A DNA stretch of 64,000 nucleotides. Source: the human T2T-CHM13v2.0 reference genome, Homo sapiens. How positions within the stretch are numbered: position 1 is the first letter of the stretch; the number at the start of each line of letters is the position of its first letter. The stretch lies in NCBI RefSeq assembly GCF_009914755.1, contig NC_060941.1. One strand, 5' to 3'. The notes beneath the pieces were generated by a model. It was not told the DNA's origin. It did no database searches and saw only the letters and a list, made by a program, of their open reading frames with translations. Position numbers and translations under genes: made by a program. This document shows, one piece after another, positions 59,530-64,000 of the stretch.

Positions 59530-60546
59530 TTACATTTTGGCATGATTTTGCAGCGGCTGGTACCGGTTGTTCCTTTCCATGTTTAGCACTTCCTTCAGGA
59601 GCTCTTTTAGGGCAGGCCTGGTGGTGACAAAATCTCTCAGCATTTGCTTGTCTATAAAGTATTTTATTTCTCCTTCACTTATGAAGCTTAGTTTGGCTGG
59701 ATATGAAATTCTGGGTTGAAAATTCTTTTCTTTAAGAATGTTGAATATTGGCCCCCACTCTCTTCTGGCTTGTAGGGTTTCTGCCGAGAGATCCGCTGTT
59801 AGTCTGATGGGCTTTCCTTTGAGGGTAACCCGACCTTTCTCTCTGGCTGCCCTTAACATTTTTTCCTTCATTTCAACTTTGGTGAATCTGACAATTATGT
59901 GTCTTGGAGTTGCTCTTCTCGAGGAGTATCTTTGTGGCGTTCTCTGTATTTCCTGAATCTGAACGTTGGCCTGCCTTGCTAGATTGGGGAAGTTCTCCTG
60001 GATAATATCCTGCAGAGTGTTTTCCAACTTGGTTCCATTCTCCACATCACTTTCAGGTACACCAATCAGACGTAGATTTGGTCTTTTCACATAGTCCCAT
60101 ATTTCTTGGAGGCTTTGCTCATTTCTTTTTATTCTTTTTTCTCTAAACTTCCCTTCTCGCTTCATTTCATTCATTTCATCTTCCATTGCTGATACCCTTT
60201 CTTCCAGTTGATCGCATCGGCTCCTGAGGCTTCTGCATTCTTCACGTAGTTCTCGAGCCTTGGTTTTCAGCTCCATCAGCTCCTTTAAGCACTTCTCTGT
60301 ATTGGTTATTCTAGTTATACATTCTTCTAAATTTTTTTCAAAGTTTTCAACTTCTTTGCCTTTGGTTTGAATGTCCTCCCGTAGCTCAGAGTAATTTGAT
60401 CGTCTGAAGCCTTCTTCTCTCAGCTCGTCAAAATCATTCTCCATCCAGCTTTGTTCTGTTGCTGGTGAGGAACTGCGTTCCTTTGGAGGAGGAGAGGCGC
60501 TCTGCGTTTTAGAGTTTCCAGTTTTTCTGTTCTGTTTTTTCCCCAT
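59530..60546 (-). CDS. ORF1: L1 ORF1p RNA-binding chaperone, intact 338 aa
   Basis: MGKKQNRKTGNSK...REKG...ARREW...YPAKLS...NHAKM. Confidence 0.98.
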   Translation of the reverse strand: MGKKQNRKTGNSKTQSASPPPKERSSSPATEQSWMENDFDELREEGFRRSNYSELREDIQTKGKEVENFEKNLEECITRITNTEKCLKELMELKTKARELREECRSLRSRCDQLEERVSAMEDEMNEMKREGKFREKRIKRNEQSLQEIWDYVKRPNLRLIGVPESDVENGTKLENTLQDIIQENFPNLARQANVQIQEIQRTPQRYSSRRATPRHIIVRFTKVEMKEKMLRAAREKGRVTLKGKPIRLTADLSAETLQARREWGPIFNILKEKNFQPRISYPAKLSFISEGEIKYFIDKQMLRDFVTTRPALKELLKEVLNMERNNRYQPLQNHAKM

Positions 60547-61452
60547 CTTTGTGGTTTTATCTACTTTTGGTCTTTGATGATGGTGATGTACAGCTGGGTT
60601 TTCGGTGTAGATGTCCTTTCTGGTTGTTAGTTTTCCTTCTAACAGACAGGACCCTCAGCTGCAGGTCTGTTGGAATACCCTGCCGTGTGAGGTGTCAGTG
60701 TGCCCCTGCTGGGGGGTGCCTCCCAGTTAGGCTGCTCGGGGGTCAGGGGTCAGGGACCCACTTGAGGAGGCAGTCTGCCCGTTCTCAGATCTCCAGCTGC
60801 GTGCTGGGAGAACCACTGCTCTCTTCAAAGCTGTCAGACAGGGACACTTAAGTCTGCAGAGGTTACTGCTGTCTTTTTGTTTGTCTGTGCCCTGCCCCCA
60901 GAGGTGGAGCCTACAGAGGCAGGCAGGCCTCCTTGAGCTGTGGTGGGCTCCACCCAGTTCGAGCTTCCCTGCTGCTTTGTTTACCTAAGCAAGCCTGGGC
61001 AATGGCGGGCGCCCCTCCCCCAGCCTCGTTGCCGCCTTGCAGTTTGATCTCAGACTGCTGTGCTAGCAATCAGCGAGATTCCGTGGGCGTAGGACCCTCT
61101 GAGCCAGGTGTGGGATATAGTCTCGTGGTGCGCCGTTTCTTAAGCCGGTCTGAAAAGCGCAATATTCGGGTGGGAGTGACCCGATTTTCCAGGTGCGTCC
61201 GTCACCCCTTTCTTTGACTCGGAAAGGGAACTCCCTGACCCCTTGAGCTTCCCGAGTGAGGCAATGCCTCGCCCTGCTTCGGCTCGCGCACGGTGCGCGC
61301 ACACACTGGCCTGCGCCCACTGTCTGGCACTCCCTAGTGAGATGAACCCGGTACCTCAGATGGAAATGCAGAAATCACCCGTCTTCTGCGTCGCTCACGC
61401 TGGGAGCTGTAGACCAAAGCTGTTCCTATTCGGCCATCTTGGCTCCTCCCTC
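60547..61452 (-). promoter_or_regulatory. L1 5'UTR bidirectional promoter (CpG-rich, YY1 site intact)
   Basis: 906-bp 5'UTR; CAAGATGGCCG at 61431-61441; dense CpGs at ~61000-61440. Confidence 0.93.
61002..61217 (+). CDS. ORF0: L1 antisense ORF0, intact 71 aa
   Basis: MAGAPPPASLPPCSLISDCC...RCVRHPFL in strong Kozak context gcaATGG; donors CAG|GTGTGG (61107) and CAG|GTGCGT (61192). Confidence 0.9.
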   Translation: MAGAPPPASLPPCSLISDCCASNQRDSVGVGPSEPGVGYSLVVRRFLSRSEKRNIRVGVTRFSRCVRHPFL

Positions 61453-61964
61453 TCCAAGCCTTTCTTGAATCTAGGTAGAGCCATGTGACTAGGTGCTGCC
61501 AATAGAATATGCATGGTAGTTATTGGGTTCTCCAGGCTGAAGCAGTGAATGAGTGGGTGTCCCCTTTTTCCTTGTTCCCTCTCTCTCTGTATCTCACTGT
61601 GTGTGTGGGTGTGTGTGTGTGTGTGTGTATGGAAGCTGGAAGAAAGCTGAGGCCAGGGGAGAAGGTGGAGAGCCATAAGATGTTCATGAGCATTACCTGA
61701 CAAGTACCCGCTTTTGTTGCTGTGTGAAGAGTAAGTGAAATTTTTATTTTGTTAATTCAAGGAGATTTTAGGGGTCCATCTGTTATAGTAGCTACCCTTA
61801 CCCTAAATGGTACCCTGGTTTAGGCCAGTCATGATTCATCCTCTGAAAGTAGAGTGACAGGGCCTATTTTCCTTAAGTTCTTGATGTCTCCCTGCTCTTA
61901 ACCTATTAATTGAGCCTCTGTTACCAGGTATAGATATTATAACAATAGTAGAAAGTGTCTCCCA

Positions 61965-62110
61965 CAGTACGTCATAACAATTTTTGTATGCCTGTTGAAA
62001 ATACAGAGCCCTTAACTCTTCCCCAGGATTACTGAATTAGGCTCAGCTGTCTACATATTTAAAAGTACTCTAAATGATTCTAATGTACCCTGAATTTGGA
62101 CACAACTGCT
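61965..62110. mobile_element. MER5B-like fragment
   Basis: ttgaaaatacagagccc...ttactgaattag...tgattctaatgtaccctgaatttggacacaactg. Confidence 0.5.
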
Positions 62111-63225
62111 CCATAAGGTGTCATGGAGCAGCAACCCATGGATCATCAATGTACCGTCCTCCTCCAGAGCATTGATGTGCTGAGAAGTAGAAGGTATTAG
62201 AGGCAGAAGCCATCATTCCTTACAAGGGAGAATGGGAGTAGTGGGTCTTGATGCCGACAGCAGACACAGGGATGATGTCCACCGTAACCTGGATAACGTC
62301 ATAATAATGTAACATAGTAAATATGATTTAAAGGAGGAGTACCTTCAAAATAAGACAGGAAGAAGCCTGTCAAGTCACTCAAGCTCTTCTTTGCCCCAAA
62401 ACAGTTGCCTATGACACTTTACCAAAGCATTATTACTTAAAGGTTTTAAAGTAACATAGACCAGCAGCACCACCTTGCATGCCATATTTGAGCTTTTTAA
62501 AGAGCCCATTGCCTAGTAAGGGTACATGAATTCAGTAAGGCATAGGTCTGCTAGACACAGGCATTCAACGCTCTGGAGGAGATTATATGAAACTAAGAGT
62601 TGAGAGTCACTTTTGAGTGATGTAGCGACGCAAATAAGAATTTTCAAATCTGTCAAAATGTAGGCTGTTAAGTTTGACCTGGGGCACTAAGTCTGAAGGG
62701 TTAACAGAGAAGTGATGAGCCAATGTAAAGCTGTATACACACGTGCACACACACAGGAGCTGGGTGAGAATGTTCATAAAGCAACAGGGAAATGTGGTTA
62801 GTGAGCACCTGGCAAAATGGCTTTACAAATGCTTTCCCTGAGTTTTAGGTAGAGGAATGTCTTGTTGGTGTAAGCATACAAACCAAAGAGCTCTGAAGTA
62901 ATTCACTATTGCCTTGAACTTTAGGTGACCCAAATCAAGGAATAAGGGATAGCTTAATTTAATGAAAGTAGAAGGTAAAAAAAAAAAAAAAAAAAAAGTT
63001 CAGTCTATTTGGTAAGAAAACCTCTTTGGCAAACAGCAGACATGATGTTGCTGATGGAATCTTTAAAGAGGTAGCGGATTTGGTGAAGGACTTGTGTTTG
63101 GCATGGAAGGGCTGGGCAAGAAGAACCCTCTCCATTGCATAGCAGAGGGTTCCCCCTTTCAAGCGTGCTTAGGGAGATGGAGTTAGTGGCTGAAACACAA
63201 ATTTAAGCCCTTTGAAATGTAATAT

Positions 63226-63245
63226 CCTACGCCCTCTGGTGGTTA
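63226..63245 (-). promoter_or_regulatory. CTCF-binding motif
   Basis: Minus strand AACCACCAGAGGGCGTAG, a near-consensus CTCF core with its CpG retained in CpG-poor DNA. Confidence 0.7.
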
Positions 63246-64000
63246 CATTTTTTAAAAATCGTACTAAAGAAAACAGGTTGAAGAAATCATAGAATGCCAA
63301 TTACAGGAATAACAGGGATCTTAAGTGTCATTTGTCAGAGCTGTATTCAAGATGCCCTTATCGTTAGTTAAAGGTGTCAGCCCCTGAATCAGAAAGAAAA
63401 AAAAAGCCTTATTTAATCAGTTTTGCAAATGCTTGAGAAGTCAGCTTTCTCCCGGTTTTTCTCCATCACTTTTCAGGAACTTTTCCATTATGCCTCTGTC
63501 GTCAGAATACTTCCGAGATTTGGAAGATAGTGACTCCACTTGGGATGGCTCTGAGGTCCTGCTCCTTCTTGGTATTTTGATAGAAAAGCCTTTTGCCACT
63601 CAAAGGGGAATTTCTAAAAGAAACTTCAAACCACACAATTACTTTAAAAGGGTGATCACACAGTAATACATTGAATGATGCCTGGCCAGGATCTAACAAA
63701 CTTGTCTGTTTCCCTCTTTGTTGTGTCTGGGAGACAGAAAGACAGCCTGGCCATTCTCATGGCAAACTGTCATTAAATTATATCAAGTGTAAATAGTTGT
63801 GACTGACACTGTTAACAAAGAACAGGAATCCAGGAACAAAAGGGCACTTCAATGAAGATTAGATGTTCCTTAAGCAACAGATTTTAAGGACCTAGATTCC
63901 ATAAAATTAGAGTTCTGATTAAGTCTTATAGATATATGTGTATGACATATGCAAGAGGACTTAGATAAAAATTTCAGAGAAAAATTGAATTAAAGATAAA

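Overview
Human (hominid) nuclear DNA: AT-rich and repeat-dense, either intergenic or deep intronic. I recognise no host protein-coding gene, RNA gene or CRISPR-type system. The dominant feature is a full-length (~6.05 kb) human-specific LINE-1 of the pre-Ta class (ACG/G diagnostics) on the minus strand at 55399-61452, with a 14-bp TSD. Its YY1 site, ORF1 (338 aa) and antisense ORF0 (71 aa) are intact. Its 1275-codon ORF2 frame is broken only by two nonsense codons (Q659*, W849*). It sits inside two nested ancient LTRs. The rest is ~18 Alu-family SINEs, old L1M fragments (one twin-primed), MaLR/ERV LTRs (MLT1C, MLT1B-like, MLT1D plus internal, THE1, MER41A, LTR47-like), DNA-transposon relics (MADE1, MER5A, Tigger3a, a MER45-type hAT with a readable transposase dimerisation domain), MIRs and microsatellites. 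A 500-bp G-quadruplex-type array has an 86-bp higher-order unit. The best leads are hypotheses only: (i) an in-frame L1 ORF0 splice fusion to a downstream acceptor (126-aa product), (ii) an endonuclease-competent, RT-dead truncated ORF2p, (iii) a 15-nt microexon candidate with a UGC motif, (iv) a STAT/NFAT/CRE motif cluster at 29.3-30.2 kb, (v) a retroelement orientation switch centred on the G4 array, and (vi) a chain of abutting hairpins near 1.5 kb. Repeat subfamily names come from recalled consensus sequences, and boundaries of old repeats are approximate.
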